Shown: positions 49,889-60,427 of the stretch, piece after piece
Layout: every line of letters starts with the position of its first letter
Numbering within the stretch: the stretch's first letter is position 1
Assembly (NCBI GenBank): GCA_007132225.1
Contig: SLPB01000026.1
Coordinates: forward strand, 23,804 to 87,803
Direction: 5' to 3'
Origin: Bacteroidales bacterium
GTDB taxonomy: Bacteria > Bacteroidota > Bacteroidia > Bacteroidales > PUMT01
DNA: 64,000 bases
Program-made: the position numbers and the translations under genes
The notes under the pieces: generated by a model
The model's input: only the letters and a program-made list of their open reading frames with translations
What the model was told of the DNA's origin: nothing
Databases searched by the model: none

Positions 49889-50992
49889 TCAGGACTTTTT
49901 TATTATCCATAGTTCGATCTTTTCTTTTGTCCGTATTTCGCTGAGCCATGATTTGGAATAATATTCACCCTCTTCATATGCCTTGCGGGTCAGTTTATCT
50001 TCCACAACAAAGCTTTGCCGGTTGTTTATTTCTTTTTCTACCGGGTTGTGATCTGTAAGTCCTGCTTCAATAGCAAAGGTTGAGAATATTATAGCCAGGG
50101 TATTACCCTTGTCAAGTCCGTTTTCTGCCTGGTTGAAAAAATTCTGAAAAAATTGTTTGTCATAATATATACCACGATCTATTTCATTATAACAGTCTCC
50201 CGGCAACCATGGAGGGTTAAATACCACAAGTTCACCCCTCTTCTTTTGGGAACCAAATAGTGAGGCCCGCTCAACATCAATGCACCGGTCCAGTCCTAAA
50301 CGCTCAGCTTCTGTTCGTGTGCTGTAAACAGCATTGGGGTTTATATCGGTTGCATAAATGCTTTTAATACCGTGCTTTGCCATTACAAAGCTCAGTATAC
50401 CGCATCCGGTTCCTATATCAATGGCATTTTTATACTTCTGCTTATTGCGTTTGATCCACTGGTCAAACATAACCAGGTGTTTTTCACGCATTGGAAAATA
50501 AACACCGTAAAAGGGATGAATCCTGTGTTCCAGAACCGGATACACGATTCCTTTTTTGCACCACTGCCATGCACCATTCATTCCAAGGATATCGGGAAGT
50601 GAGATTATAAATCCTGTTTTATCAGGATATAGTGCTTTAAGAAAGGGGTTTTCGGGTGATTTATGAAGGTTTATTTTATGGTCCTTGACTTCCAGAAAAA
50701 TCTTTCTTGTAGTTTCATGTATAAGCTCCTTGGTTCTTCGTGAAGAAATATAATCCCTGACAGGGTGTTTGGAGCTTATTCTTTTCTTTAGCCACGTATA
50801 TAAAGCAATTGCTGTAGCATAACTTCCTTCAACTATCATTCCCCTGCTCCACTGCAATCTTTCCAGGGCGCACCTGTAGTTCATCCCGGCTCTGAATATA
50901 TCAAAATCATTAAATATTTCAATGATCGGGGGTTTTATAAGATCTTTTGGAATATCACTTACTTCCGGTTTATGGATAATCTTGTTATGCAT
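49889..50992 (-). CDS. Class I SAM-dependent methyltransferase with NPPW motif (HemK/N6-amino MTase-like) and a ~190-aa N-terminal domain
   Basis: SAM motif I DIGTGCGILS and catalytic VVFNPPWLP. Confidence 0.7.
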   Translation of the reverse strand: MHNKIIHKPEVSDIPKDLIKPPIIEIFNDFDIFRAGMNYRCALERLQWSRGMIVEGSYATAIALYTWLKKRISSKHPVRDYISSRRTKELIHETTRKIFLEVKDHKINLHKSPENPFLKALYPDKTGFIISLPDILGMNGAWQWCKKGIVYPVLEHRIHPFYGVYFPMREKHLVMFDQWIKRNKQKYKNAIDIGTGCGILSFVMAKHGIKSIYATDINPNAVYSTRTEAERLGLDRCIDVERASLFGSQKKRGELVVFNPPWLPGDCYNEIDRGIYYDKQFFQNFFNQAENGLDKGNTLAIIFSTFAIEAGLTDHNPVEKEINNRQSFVVEDKLTRKAYEEGEYYSKSWLSEIRTKEKIELWIIKKS

Positions 50993-51073
50993 CTATCTTG
51001 AGGTGAACATCACTTTGCCTTTAGAAAAACGTAATATATGCGGCTATACATAAAATTAAAATGCCTTATCTTA

Positions 51074-51871
51074 TTAATCAAGTAAGTTATCAGTATTAAT
51101 ATTCCCCTTGAATACCAGTTTTGCCGGGCCTCTAAGCCATATATCCCTGAAAGTGGTTCTGCCTGTTTGTCTGAATCTTACCTCCAGCAGTCCCCCTTTT
51201 GTTTCTATCTTCACCGTATTACGGCCCAACCCGCTTTCAATGACACTGCATAGTGCCGCTGCAACTGATCCCGTACCGCAGGCCATGGTTTCATCCTCAA
51301 CTCCTCTTTCATATGTTCTGATACGGACTCTGTCACCAACAGGCTCGACAAAGTTAACATTTACTCCCTCTTCTTTATATTGGCCGCTGTTTCGTATTTC
51401 ACGCCCCTTCTTTACAACATTTACCGCGGAGATATTATTGGTGAATACAATGTAATGGGGAGAGCCTGTATTGAGAATATATGCCTCTTTATCTTTTGTT
51501 ATTTGTTCCACATCCAGCATCTCAAGGTTTACCATTCCCCGGTCATCAATTTTGGCTTTATGAACACCGTCAATCCCTGAAAATATGGCATTAAAGTCTA
51601 TTATACCCAGTTCCCTGGCAAAATGAACTATGCACCGGCCACCGTTGCCGCACATACTGCCTTCCCTGCCATCAGAATTGAAGTAACGCATGTGGAAATC
51701 ATACCCCGGATTATTTTCCAAAAGCATCATTCCATCCGCTCCAATGCCAAAATTCCTGTCGCACATTTTAGTTATAAGTGTCTGTTTGTTTGACGGGAAT
51801 GACAGGTCACGGTTGTCGATAATAACAAAGTCATTTCCGTTTCCATGGTATTTATAGAAGTAAAATTGCAT
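51074..51871 (-). CDS. dapF: Diaminopimelate epimerase
   Basis: HGNGNDFVIID. Both catalytic Cys contexts are present (SMCGNGGRC and MACGTGSVA). Confidence 0.93.
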   Translation of the reverse strand: MQFYFYKYHGNGNDFVIIDNRDLSFPSNKQTLITKMCDRNFGIGADGMMLLENNPGYDFHMRYFNSDGREGSMCGNGGRCIVHFARELGIIDFNAIFSGIDGVHKAKIDDRGMVNLEMLDVEQITKDKEAYILNTGSPHYIVFTNNISAVNVVKKGREIRNSGQYKEEGVNVNFVEPVGDRVRIRTYERGVEDETMACGTGSVAAALCSVIESGLGRNTVKIETKGGLLEVRFRQTGRTTFRDIWLRGPAKLVFKGNINTDNLLD

Positions 51872-52133
51872 ATTCAGGTTTATATAAATAGCTGTAAAAC
51901 TTATTTTATGTGCCGGTGCCGGCTGATTATTTATAATTATTTAACCAGTCGTGATGACAGGTTATGAATTAAAGGCATTATTTTTGTTAATCATACTTGA
52001 AAAGAATAACAAATCAATAATTTATCAGGTACATACACTATCAAACTTTAAAAAGAAGGTGGTCATTAAATAAATATTTAGTAAAAGAAATTTCTTGTAT
52101 GTTAATGCTAAAAAATAATTAAAACTTAAAGAT

Positions 52134-53576
52134 ATGAAACTTAAAAACATTCTGGCATATTTTTTCTTAGCGATTGTAGCGGGACTGGTGGCCGTTTTCA
52201 CCTATTCACGAATAGCACCTCACACAATCCATGAAGTATCCTATAAACAGGAACATCCAGCATGGTTTACAAGTCTTCCGGATGATTATGAGCCGGACAA
52301 TCTTGATTTTACCTATGCAGCCGAAAAAACCGTTCACGGCGTAGTGCATGTCACCACCCGGAGGCAGCGTGAACGTGGACGCGATCCAATATATGATTTT
52401 TTCTTTGGCCCGCGTGAACGTGAACGTGAGCGTGAACGTGAACCAGTCCAGGGAATCGGCTCGGGTGTAATAATATCCGAAGATGGTTATATAGCAACCA
52501 ACAATCATGTTATTGAAGGCGCTACAAGCATCGAAGTTACCCTTAATGACGGGCGCTCTTTTGAAGCAGAAATAGTTGGTACTGATCCCACTACTGATAT
52601 TGCCCTTTTGAAAATAGAGCAGCAGGGACTTCGCTATATAGAATTTGGCAGTTCTGACGACCTGAAAGTGGGGCAATGGGTTTTGGCGGTTGGTAATCCC
52701 ATGAATCTTTCCTCTACGGTGACAGCCGGCATTGTTAGTGCCAAGGGTCGCGGACTTGGAGTTTTCGCGCAGCAGCATGAGTTTGGAATTGAATCTTTTA
52801 TTCAGACCGATGCGGCGGTAAATCGCGGCAGCAGCGGAGGTGCTCTTGTGAATCTCAGGGGAGAGCTGGTAGGTATCCCTACCCTGATTTTATCTCCTAC
52901 CGGTGCTCATGCAGGCAATGCATTTGCCATACCTGTAAGCCTGGTACGAAAAGTCACCGAAGATTTAAAAGAGTTCGGTGAAGTGCAGCGTGCACTGCTA
53001 GGAGTACAGATACGTGATGTCACATCTGAACTTGCCCGGGAAGAAGGACTGGATAAGGTAGAGGGTGTCTATGTGGTAGATGTGACCGAGGGAGGAGCTG
53101 CAGTGGATGCAGGTATAAAACCAGGTGATGTTATACTTAGTATTGACAATAAAAAGGTTAACAGCGTACCTGAGCTACAGGAAAAGATTGCACTATATCG
53201 TCCAAAGGATGAAGTGAATGTGCTGATTAAAAGGAATGGCAGGGAACGGAATATATCAGTTACTTTGCGCAATATTGAGGGACAGATGGATATCATTGAG
53301 CCCCAGGAGGCCTTTTTGGGAGCCGGGTTCAGGAGTGTCCCCGATGATAAGAAACAAGAGCTTAATATTTCCCACGGAGTGCAGGTAACAAGCCTCAGGC
53401 CGGGGAAAATCATGTCCGCCGGAATAAGGGAGGGGTTTATTATTGTTTCAATAAATGATAATCCTGTAGATAAACCATCTGATATTCGTGAATTGCTTCA
53501 GGATCATCAGGGCGGGGTTTATGTTGAAGGTCTCTATCCTGACGGGACAGTTGCATATTATGCGTTCGGACTTTAA
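52134..53576 (+). CDS. HtrA/DegQ-family periplasmic serine protease with two PDZ domains
   Basis: Catalytic triad contexts TNNHV, DIALLK and GSSGGAL. Two PDZ-like segments. N-terminal TM/signal segment. Confidence 0.9.
   Translation: MKLKNILAYFFLAIVAGLVAVFTYSRIAPHTIHEVSYKQEHPAWFTSLPDDYEPDNLDFTYAAEKTVHGVVHVTTRRQRERGRDPIYDFFFGPREREREREREPVQGIGSGVIISEDGYIATNNHVIEGATSIEVTLNDGRSFEAEIVGTDPTTDIALLKIEQQGLRYIEFGSSDDLKVGQWVLAVGNPMNLSSTVTAGIVSAKGRGLGVFAQQHEFGIESFIQTDAAVNRGSSGGALVNLRGELVGIPTLILSPTGAHAGNAFAIPVSLVRKVTEDLKEFGEVQRALLGVQIRDVTSELAREEGLDKVEGVYVVDVTEGGAAVDAGIKPGDVILSIDNKKVNSVPELQEKIALYRPKDEVNVLIKRNGRERNISVTLRNIEGQMDIIEPQEAFLGAGFRSVPDDKKQELNISHGVQVTSLRPGKIMSAGIREGFIIVSINDNPVDKPSDIRELLQDHQGGVYVEGLYPDGTVAYYAFGL
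52414..52443 (+). repeat. Five tandem CGTGAR hexamers encoding (RE)5 inside htrA
   Basis: The DNA is cgtgaa cgtgaa cgtgag cgtgaa cgtgaa. The protein reads PREREREREREP. Confidence 0.9.
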
Positions 53577-53583
53577 TTAATGC

Positions 53584-53625
53584 AGTTACCCTGTTTTTGT
53601 GCGAATTGCACAAAAACAGGGTAAC
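53584..53625 (+). terminator. Long hairpin after htrA
   Basis: 19-bp perfect stem agttaccctgtttttgtgc/gcacaaaaacagggtaact. The downstream T-tract is only short. Confidence 0.6.
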
Positions 53626-53937
53626 TATTTAAAAATACACACCTCTTCAGAATATTTTCCGGTTCAGGTAATGTTGATAAAAAGATCCGGAGAAACGCAA
53701 CAAATAGCAATCACTTTTCGTAATCCTGATGAATGATTCATGCGACTTATAATTAAGTACGCCCGGTGATTATTCATTAATCTTTATGACCTGCTCATTG
53801 AAGATCATTATTTGCAATTTATAGAGACCGGAATCCGTATATATAACAAAGATTACCGAACACCTGCAATAGTAAGCCTTTATTATCGTTTATTATGGCG
53901 ATACTTAATAACGGTTGATAATATTGTTTAATTAACT

Positions 53938-53945
53938 TACATTTG
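53938..53945 (+). promoter_or_regulatory. -7 box (TAnnTTTG) upstream of rpoD
   Basis: TACATTTG lies 30 nt upstream of the ATG at 53975. A GTTG sits 20 nt upstream as a -33-like element. Confidence 0.55.
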
Positions 53946-53974
53946 CCATAATTTTTTAATGAGATAATCAGATA

Positions 53975-54835
53975 ATGAGACAGCTAAAGATCACGAAATC
54001 AATCACTAACAGGGAAAGCGCTTCGCTGGATAAGTACCTGCAGGAGATTGGTAAAGAGGAATTGATTACGATTGAAGAAGAAGTTGATCTTGCACAGAGA
54101 ATAAGACAGGGAGACAGGACTGCCCTTGAAAAGCTTACAAGGGCTAATTTGCGCTTCGTCGTTTCTGTCGCAAAACAGTATCAAAATCAAGGACTTAGTC
54201 TCCCGGACCTTATAAATGAAGGCAATCTGGGTCTAATAAAAGCTGCTGAGAAATTTGATGAAACCCGTGGTTTTAAATTTATATCCTATGCAGTCTGGTG
54301 GATCAGGCAATCTATTTTACAGGCCTTGGCTGAACAATCCCGGATTGTCCGGTTGCCGCTTAACCAGGTAGGGTCATTGAATAAAATAAATAAAGCATTT
54401 TCGAAATTTGAACAGGAATTTGAACGAACTCCATCTCCGGAGGAGCTCGGTGATATACTTGATCTTCCAAAAGAGAAGGTGAGTGATACCCTCAGGGTTT
54501 CAGGAAGACATGTTTCAGTGGACGCACCTTTTTCTGACGGTGAGGATAATTCTTTGCTTGATGTCCTTATAAACAATGATTCTCCCAACGCGGACCGGTC
54601 CCTGTTAAAGGAATCCCTTGGAAAAGAGATTGAACGGTCTCTTTCGACCCTCACAGAAAGGGAAAGGGACATTGTGAAATATTTTTTTGGCATCGGTGTC
54701 CAGGACATGACTCTGGAGGAAATTGGGGGCAGATTTGGTCTTACCCGTGAACGGGTAAGACAGATAAAGGAAAAGGCCATCCGCAGGTTACGACACACCT
54801 CGAGAAGTAAGCTTCTTAAAGCTTATCTTGGATAA
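53975..54835 (+). CDS. rpoD: Primary RNA polymerase sigma factor (Bacteroidota-type short RpoD/SigA)
   Basis: 286 aa. Regions 2 to 4: [51 protein letters not shown]. Confidence 0.92.
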   Translation: MRQLKITKSITNRESASLDKYLQEIGKEELITIEEEVDLAQRIRQGDRTALEKLTRANLRFVVSVAKQYQNQGLSLPDLINEGNLGLIKAAEKFDETRGFKFISYAVWWIRQSILQALAEQSRIVRLPLNQVGSLNKINKAFSKFEQEFERTPSPEELGDILDLPKEKVSDTLRVSGRHVSVDAPFSDGEDNSLLDVLINNDSPNADRSLLKESLGKEIERSLSTLTERERDIVKYFFGIGVQDMTLEEIGGRFGLTRERVRQIKEKAIRRLRHTSRSKLLKAYLG

Positions 54836-54910
54836 CTTACATTTTATGGAACGGGTATGTGAATAATTCAGATTGAAGTTAATCACTTTAATGTGCAAAA
54901 ATACTTATTA

Positions 54911-55306
54911 TTATTCATCATCAGTTTCCAAAGGAACCATTTTAAAAGGGATCTTAAGGATTGATGCATAATCTTCACCTGATTCCAGCATTTCAAAATC
55001 ATCTTTTTCATAATACCAGTGAATCATAATAGGATTTCCTTTCGTGTGATACGGCTCAAGTAACTTGAAAATTCCAAAGAGGTATCTTGAAGTACTGGTA
55101 TTAAAATATTCAAGGTTTATATGCAGGTCTGTGGTCTCGGTCCTTTCATCAGATTCAATATATTTTTCGATCCATTTCATAATGGGCTCGTAAAACCTGA
55201 CAGTATCTTCAGGAATGGAGCGACCCTCAAAATGAAGTTGCCTGTTTTCAGGGTCAAAGCTTATATACGGTGTCTTTTTTTCACCTTCTATAATAAGTTT
55301 TTCCAT
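54911..55306 (-). CDS. DUF1987 / SiaC-family protein (partner-switch phosphoprotein family)
   Basis: 131 aa. It aligns by eye with Pseudomonas SiaC. The matching segments are GRSIPEDTVRFYEPIMKWIEKYI, INLEYFNTSTS and IHWYYEKDD. Confidence 0.75.
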   Translation of the reverse strand: MEKLIIEGEKKTPYISFDPENRQLHFEGRSIPEDTVRFYEPIMKWIEKYIESDERTETTDLHINLEYFNTSTSRYLFGIFKLLEPYHTKGNPIMIHWYYEKDDFEMLESGEDYASILKIPFKMVPLETDDE

Positions 55307-55418
55307 GCTTTAGTTATTGTCTGTTTTATATTGATCCTGTCAAAATATATAGAACACTAAACTACAAATTAATTTTTATAAAAAAAATAATTTATTTATG
55401 CGAGACATATTTAATTAC

Positions 55419-57416
55419 TCAGCTTTTATAATTGTTTAAGAGCTTTTCAAGTTCAAAGAGTTCATCCCTGTAGCGGGCTGCTGTTATGAAATCAAGGTCT
55501 TTGGCCGCTTTCTCCATCGCCGCCCTTGTCTTATCCATTGTTTTTGTCAGTGCCGTCCTGCTCATATATTTAATTACCGGATCAGCTGCAATATCTGTTT
55601 TCTCAGGTTCTGTATATTTTTTGAGTCTCTGCAATCCTGAACGTTTGGATCTTACTATCTGTGCAGGTGTAATGTTATTAACCCTGTTGTACTCAAGTTG
55701 TTTATCCCTTCGCCGGGTTGTTTCATCAATGCTTTGCTTCATTGATCTGGTTATGGAATCGGCATACATAATGACCATGCCATTAATATTTCTTGCAGCT
55801 CTGCCTGCGGTTTGTGTCAGGGACCGGGCCGACCTGAGGAACCCCTCTTTGTCCGCATCCAGTATGGCCACAAGGGAAACCTCCGGCAGATCAAGACCCT
55901 CCCTTAAAAGGTTCACCCCTATTAACACGTCAAAATCTCCGTTCCTCAGTCCATCCATAATATCCACACGATCCAGTGTATCAACACCTGAATGAATATA
56001 CCTGCAGTTTATTTCCATCCCTGCAAGGTATTTAGTGAGCTCTTCGGCCATACGTTTGGTTAGTGTGGTCACAAGAACTCTTTCATTTCTGCTGGTCCTC
56101 CGGTTTATCTCGCTTATCAGGTCGTCTATCTGATTAAGGCTTTTCCGTACCTCGATTTTCGGTTCGGGAAGTCCTGTGGGCCTTATTACCTGTTCCACTA
56201 TTACCCCTTCACACTTTTCCAGTTCGTAATCACTGGGCGTTGCACTGACGAAAATTTGCTGGCCTGCAAGCTCTTCAAATTCTTCAAATTTCAGTGGACG
56301 GTTATCTATGGCTGCAGGAAGGCGAAATCCGAAATCAACAAGGTTTCTTTTTCTGGAATAATCGCCTCCATACATTGCCCTTATCTGGGGAAGGGTTACA
56401 TGGCTTTCGTCAATTACAGTCAGGAAATCACGAGGAAAATAATCAAGCAGGCAAAATGGCCTGGTACCAGCTGCTCTTCCGTCGAAGTACCGTGAATAAT
56501 TTTCTATTCCTGAGCAGTAACCAAGCTCCTTGATCATCTCAAGATCATATTCAACCTTCTGTTTCAATCTTTCTGCTTCTGCTTTTCTTCCCTGATCATT
56601 AAAGAATTGAACCTGCAGGAACATATCATCCTGGATGTTCCTGATTGCCTGATTCATTCTCTCCCTGGTGGTTACAAATATGTTTGCCGGGTATATCACG
56701 ACATTTTCAAATTGCCCGGTTATTTCGCCTGTCAACGGATCCAGACTGCTGAGTTCTTCAATTTCATCTCCCCAGAAAACAATCCGGTATGCAATATCAC
56801 CATAGGCAAGGAATACATCAACAGTATCCCCCTTTACACGAAAATTTCCATGGCCAAATTCTATTTCATTTCTTGAATACAAACTATCAACAAGCCTGCG
56901 TAATAGCTGGTTGCGGTTAATCACCTGCCCTGTTTTCAACTTTATTGTATTACTGTGAAAATCATCCGGGTTGCCAATACCGTAAATACAGGATACAGAT
57001 GAAACCACTATAACATCACGGCGTCCTGAAAGAAGTGAAGATGTTGTACTCAGTCTGAGTTTTTCAATTTCCTGGTTTATCGAGAGGTCCTTTTCTATAT
57101 AGGTATCTGTTACGGGAAGATAAGCCTCAGGTTGATAATAGTCGTAGTAGGAAACAAAGTACTCCACTGCATTATTGGGAAAGAACTCCCTGAACTCGCT
57201 ATAAAGCTGTGCAGCAAGGGTTTTGTTGTGGCTTAGTATTAATGTGGGGCGCTGAACTCTTTCTATAAGATTTGCGATTGTAAATGTTTTTCCCGAGCCT
57301 GTAACACCGAGGAGTGTCTGGAACTCACTACCTGACCTTAAGCCCTGTTCAAGTTGTTTTATCGCCTCCGGCTGATCTCCCGTCGGAATAAAATCTGATA
57401 CAATAGAAAAATCCAT
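55419..57416 (-). CDS. uvrB: Excinuclease ABC subunit B
   Basis: Motifs GVTGSGKTFT and VIDESHVT. C-terminal UVR domain (AARYRDELFELEK). Confidence 0.97.
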   Translation of the reverse strand: MDFSIVSDFIPTGDQPEAIKQLEQGLRSGSEFQTLLGVTGSGKTFTIANLIERVQRPTLILSHNKTLAAQLYSEFREFFPNNAVEYFVSYYDYYQPEAYLPVTDTYIEKDLSINQEIEKLRLSTTSSLLSGRRDVIVVSSVSCIYGIGNPDDFHSNTIKLKTGQVINRNQLLRRLVDSLYSRNEIEFGHGNFRVKGDTVDVFLAYGDIAYRIVFWGDEIEELSSLDPLTGEITGQFENVVIYPANIFVTTRERMNQAIRNIQDDMFLQVQFFNDQGRKAEAERLKQKVEYDLEMIKELGYCSGIENYSRYFDGRAAGTRPFCLLDYFPRDFLTVIDESHVTLPQIRAMYGGDYSRKRNLVDFGFRLPAAIDNRPLKFEEFEELAGQQIFVSATPSDYELEKCEGVIVEQVIRPTGLPEPKIEVRKSLNQIDDLISEINRRTSRNERVLVTTLTKRMAEELTKYLAGMEINCRYIHSGVDTLDRVDIMDGLRNGDFDVLIGVNLLREGLDLPEVSLVAILDADKEGFLRSARSLTQTAGRAARNINGMVIMYADSITRSMKQSIDETTRRRDKQLEYNRVNNITPAQIVRSKRSGLQRLKKYTEPEKTDIAADPVIKYMSRTALTKTMDKTRAAMEKAAKDLDFITAARYRDELFELEKLLNNYKS

Positions 57417-57704
57417 ATATCTGTTTGGAGTATTAAATTGATATTTACCTGCACTAATCAGCTAAATATACCTATTGTTAATATATTATATAAAATTCTT
57501 AAATTGCCGGTTGTTTGTTCAGAATGATTAGTGAAAAAAAATAACAATCCTGCATGATGATTTTTCAAATCCGCGTTTGCAAATATGATTGATATGAAAG
57601 TTTAATAACATGCTGCCGGGAGATATTATTATATTTCATTCCGGTAATTTTTATTTTTTATGTTCTTCTGAAGGGAAATTTTAAAATAGAAACAGTACCG
57701 GGAT

Positions 57705-58742
57705 ATGATTACAGAGAAAAAACTATTTGGGCATACTCCTGCCGGTGAGGAGGTTTATCTCTTCACGCTTAAAAATACTAACGGGATAACTGTGGATATT
57801 ATCAATTATGGTGGTATAGTTACCGCTTTAAGGTTACCTGACAGGGAGGGGAAATTTGATGATGTAGTACTTGGATTTGAAAAACTTGGAGATTATCTTA
57901 AATGGCATCCCTATTTTGGTGCTATTGTGGGCAGGTACGCAAACAGGATAGCTAATGCCCGTTTTAAACTTGACGGCAAGGTGTACGAACTTGCTGCAAA
58001 TAACGGAAATAACCATTTACACGGAGGCATAAAGGGTTTTGACAGGAAAATCTGGAATTATGATGCTTCCAGATATGAAGGGGGCATATCCCTCATGCTG
58101 ACATATCTGAGTCCCCACGGAGAAGAAGGCTACCCGGGGAACCTGTCAGTCGATGTTATTTATTCGCTTAGTAATGATAATGAGCTTAAAATCATCTTTA
58201 AAGCACGGACCGACCAGGCTACGCCGGTAAATATTTCGCACCACGGCTATTTTAATCTTAAAGGAGGAAAAGAACCGGCCCTTGATCACAAGCTGATGAT
58301 AAATGCCAGCCGGTTTACCGAAGTAAAACAAGATCTTATCCCAACAGGTAAATTAACCCGGGTTGAAGGAACTCCGCTGGATTTCAGGGAAATGAAGCCG
58401 GTAAAAAGAGATATTGGAATGGTAGAAGGCGGCTATGATCACAATTATGTACTTGATGAAAGTGATGAGTTGCTGAAGAGAGCTGCCGTGTTGTATGATC
58501 CTGACAGCGGGCGATGTATGGAAGTGCTCACCACACAGCCTGGGATGCAGTTTTATTCCGGTAATTTTCTGGACGGGTCACTAACCGGAAAGAATGGTAT
58601 TGTTTATAATAAGCATTGGGGATTGTGCCTGGAAACCCAGCATTTTCCGGATTCACCCAATCAAAATGATTTTCCTGATACAGTTCTTGAGCCTGGAGAT
58701 GAATATCTGCATTATGCAATATACAGATTTTCTGTAGAATAG
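57705..58742 (+). CDS. galM: Aldose 1-epimerase (galactose mutarotase)
   Basis: 345 aa. Contains NNHLHGGIKGFD, plus conserved His/Glu contexts of the family. Confidence 0.88.
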   Translation: MITEKKLFGHTPAGEEVYLFTLKNTNGITVDIINYGGIVTALRLPDREGKFDDVVLGFEKLGDYLKWHPYFGAIVGRYANRIANARFKLDGKVYELAANNGNNHLHGGIKGFDRKIWNYDASRYEGGISLMLTYLSPHGEEGYPGNLSVDVIYSLSNDNELKIIFKARTDQATPVNISHHGYFNLKGGKEPALDHKLMINASRFTEVKQDLIPTGKLTRVEGTPLDFREMKPVKRDIGMVEGGYDHNYVLDESDELLKRAAVLYDPDSGRCMEVLTTQPGMQFYSGNFLDGSLTGKNGIVYNKHWGLCLETQHFPDSPNQNDFPDTVLEPGDEYLHYAIYRFSVE

Positions 58743-58882
58743 TATGCGTTCAATAGTTTTTGATAACATCCCGACCCGGATTCGGCTTTGTTCTTTCAGC
58801 ACCTGCCTGTCGAAAGCCCTGTTTTTATGCGGGTCATTTTTGCTGTTCAATTAATAATGAGGAGTTTAAAATAAATCTAAAT

Positions 58883-60322
58883 ATGAGATTACTGGTTTTT
58901 GTATTTTTGATCCTTTTCTTTCCCGGCGCTTTATCTTCACAATCACTTAACAATTCCAAGTTCCTTGGATACCGGGGTATATGGTTTACACTCGGTCAGA
59001 CGGAAAGAATGAAAGCAGACGGTTATGGCGGAGGCTACGGAGACAAATATTCAGGAGGATTGTCTTTTGCCTGGAGTCATACAGTTGCACCTATGGCCAT
59101 TTATGCTCCTGAGGTTGATAAGACTTTTTTTGTTTACGGAGGCACTACCGAGCCAGATGACAGTTATCTGCTGGTTATGGCTTCCTATTACGATCATGCA
59201 AACCATCTTGTTCCGCGGCCAACCATAGTAAGGGATCAAAGAGGTATCGACGATCCTCATGATAATCCCAGTATCACTATTGACGATGAAGGCTATATAT
59301 GGGTATTTGTTGCAGGCAGGGGAAGAAGGAGGCCCGGTCAGATTTTCCGTGCCACGGAGCCATATTCAGTGGACAAATTTGAGAAAATAATTTCCCGGGA
59401 ACAGACATACTCCCATATATGGCATATGCAGGGCGAGGGTTTTATACACCTGCTGACATTATATACAGCCGGGCGTGAGCTTTACTGGGAAAAGAGTGCC
59501 GATGGCAGTGACTGGACCAAAGAACCTGCAACGGATCTGCAAAAGCTAGCCGGTTTTGGCGGCCACTACCAGGTAACCCGCCTGGATGAGCACAATAAAC
59601 GTATAGGGTCGGCATTCAACTATCATCCTGATGGCAATGTAGACCGTCGTACCAACATTTATTATTTTGAGACCAGGGACTCTGGTGAAACATGGACTAC
59701 CATCGATGGCCTGGAGCTTTCCCTGCCACTTGATAATCGGGATAATCCCGCCCTGGTGATGGACTATGAGGAGATGGGAAGGAATGCATACATCACTAAG
59801 CTGTTGTTTGATGATTATGGCAATCCGGTTATTCTTGTAGTTACCAGCGGGGGTTATATGCCCGGTCCGGAGAACGACCCCAGGAGATGGGAGATCGTAA
59901 GGTGGACCGGCCAGGAGTGGGTTACCAATGAAATAACAACCTCCGACCATAACTATGACATGGGCAGTTTGTATATTGACGGTGACAGGTGGACCCTTAT
60001 TGGTCCCGCACTGAAAGGTCCCCAACCTTATCATACGGGAGGTGAGGTAGGGTTATGGTTATCCACTGACGGAGGTGAAACATGGGAGCTGGAACGCCGG
60101 GTTACCGGTAACAGTCCAATGAATCACAGCTACATTCGCCGTCCGCATAACCCGTCGGAACCCTTTTTCGGCATGTGGGCAGATGCCAATTCCGATGAAT
60201 TTTCAAAATCCCGCTTGTTTTTCACCAATTCTGCCGGTGACAGGGTCTATATGCTGCCATACACAATGAAAAGCGATTTAGAAGAGCCCGTGCTTCTGGC
60301 ACCAACGCCTCCGGATCCATAG
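58883..60322 (+). CDS. BNR/Asp-box beta-propeller protein with signal peptide
   Basis: Asp-box S-x-D-x-G-x-T-W copies (TRDSGETWT, STDGGETWE, SADGSDWT). Start moved to the ATG at 58883 (MRLLVFVFLILFFPGALSSQ). Confidence 0.75.
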   Translation: MRLLVFVFLILFFPGALSSQSLNNSKFLGYRGIWFTLGQTERMKADGYGGGYGDKYSGGLSFAWSHTVAPMAIYAPEVDKTFFVYGGTTEPDDSYLLVMASYYDHANHLVPRPTIVRDQRGIDDPHDNPSITIDDEGYIWVFVAGRGRRRPGQIFRATEPYSVDKFEKIISREQTYSHIWHMQGEGFIHLLTLYTAGRELYWEKSADGSDWTKEPATDLQKLAGFGGHYQVTRLDEHNKRIGSAFNYHPDGNVDRRTNIYYFETRDSGETWTTIDGLELSLPLDNRDNPALVMDYEEMGRNAYITKLLFDDYGNPVILVVTSGGYMPGPENDPRRWEIVRWTGQEWVTNEITTSDHNYDMGSLYIDGDRWTLIGPALKGPQPYHTGGEVGLWLSTDGGETWELERRVTGNSPMNHSYIRRPHNPSEPFFGMWADANSDEFSKSRLFFTNSAGDRVYMLPYTMKSDLEEPVLLAPTPPDP

Positions 60323-60334
60323 ACAGAATTAAAT

Positions 60335-60363
60335 AGAGAGCCCGTTGCCCGGACGGGCTCTCT
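60335..60363. terminator. Hairpin between the convergent BNR gene and proS
   Basis: 11-bp perfect stem agagagcccgt/acgggctctct with a 7-nt loop. No canonical U-tract on either side. Confidence 0.5.
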
Positions 60364-60427
60364 ATGAGGGCAGTTCAGGAGGCATCCTGGATCTTCAATC
60401 CAAATACAATAATTGATCCTGTGCCGG

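Noticed and set aside
52414-52443. (CGTGAA)5 microsatellite in htrA
   Set aside because: It is in frame and encodes an (RE)5 linker in the poorly conserved N-terminal region. Length changes would stay in frame, so it is not obviously functional.
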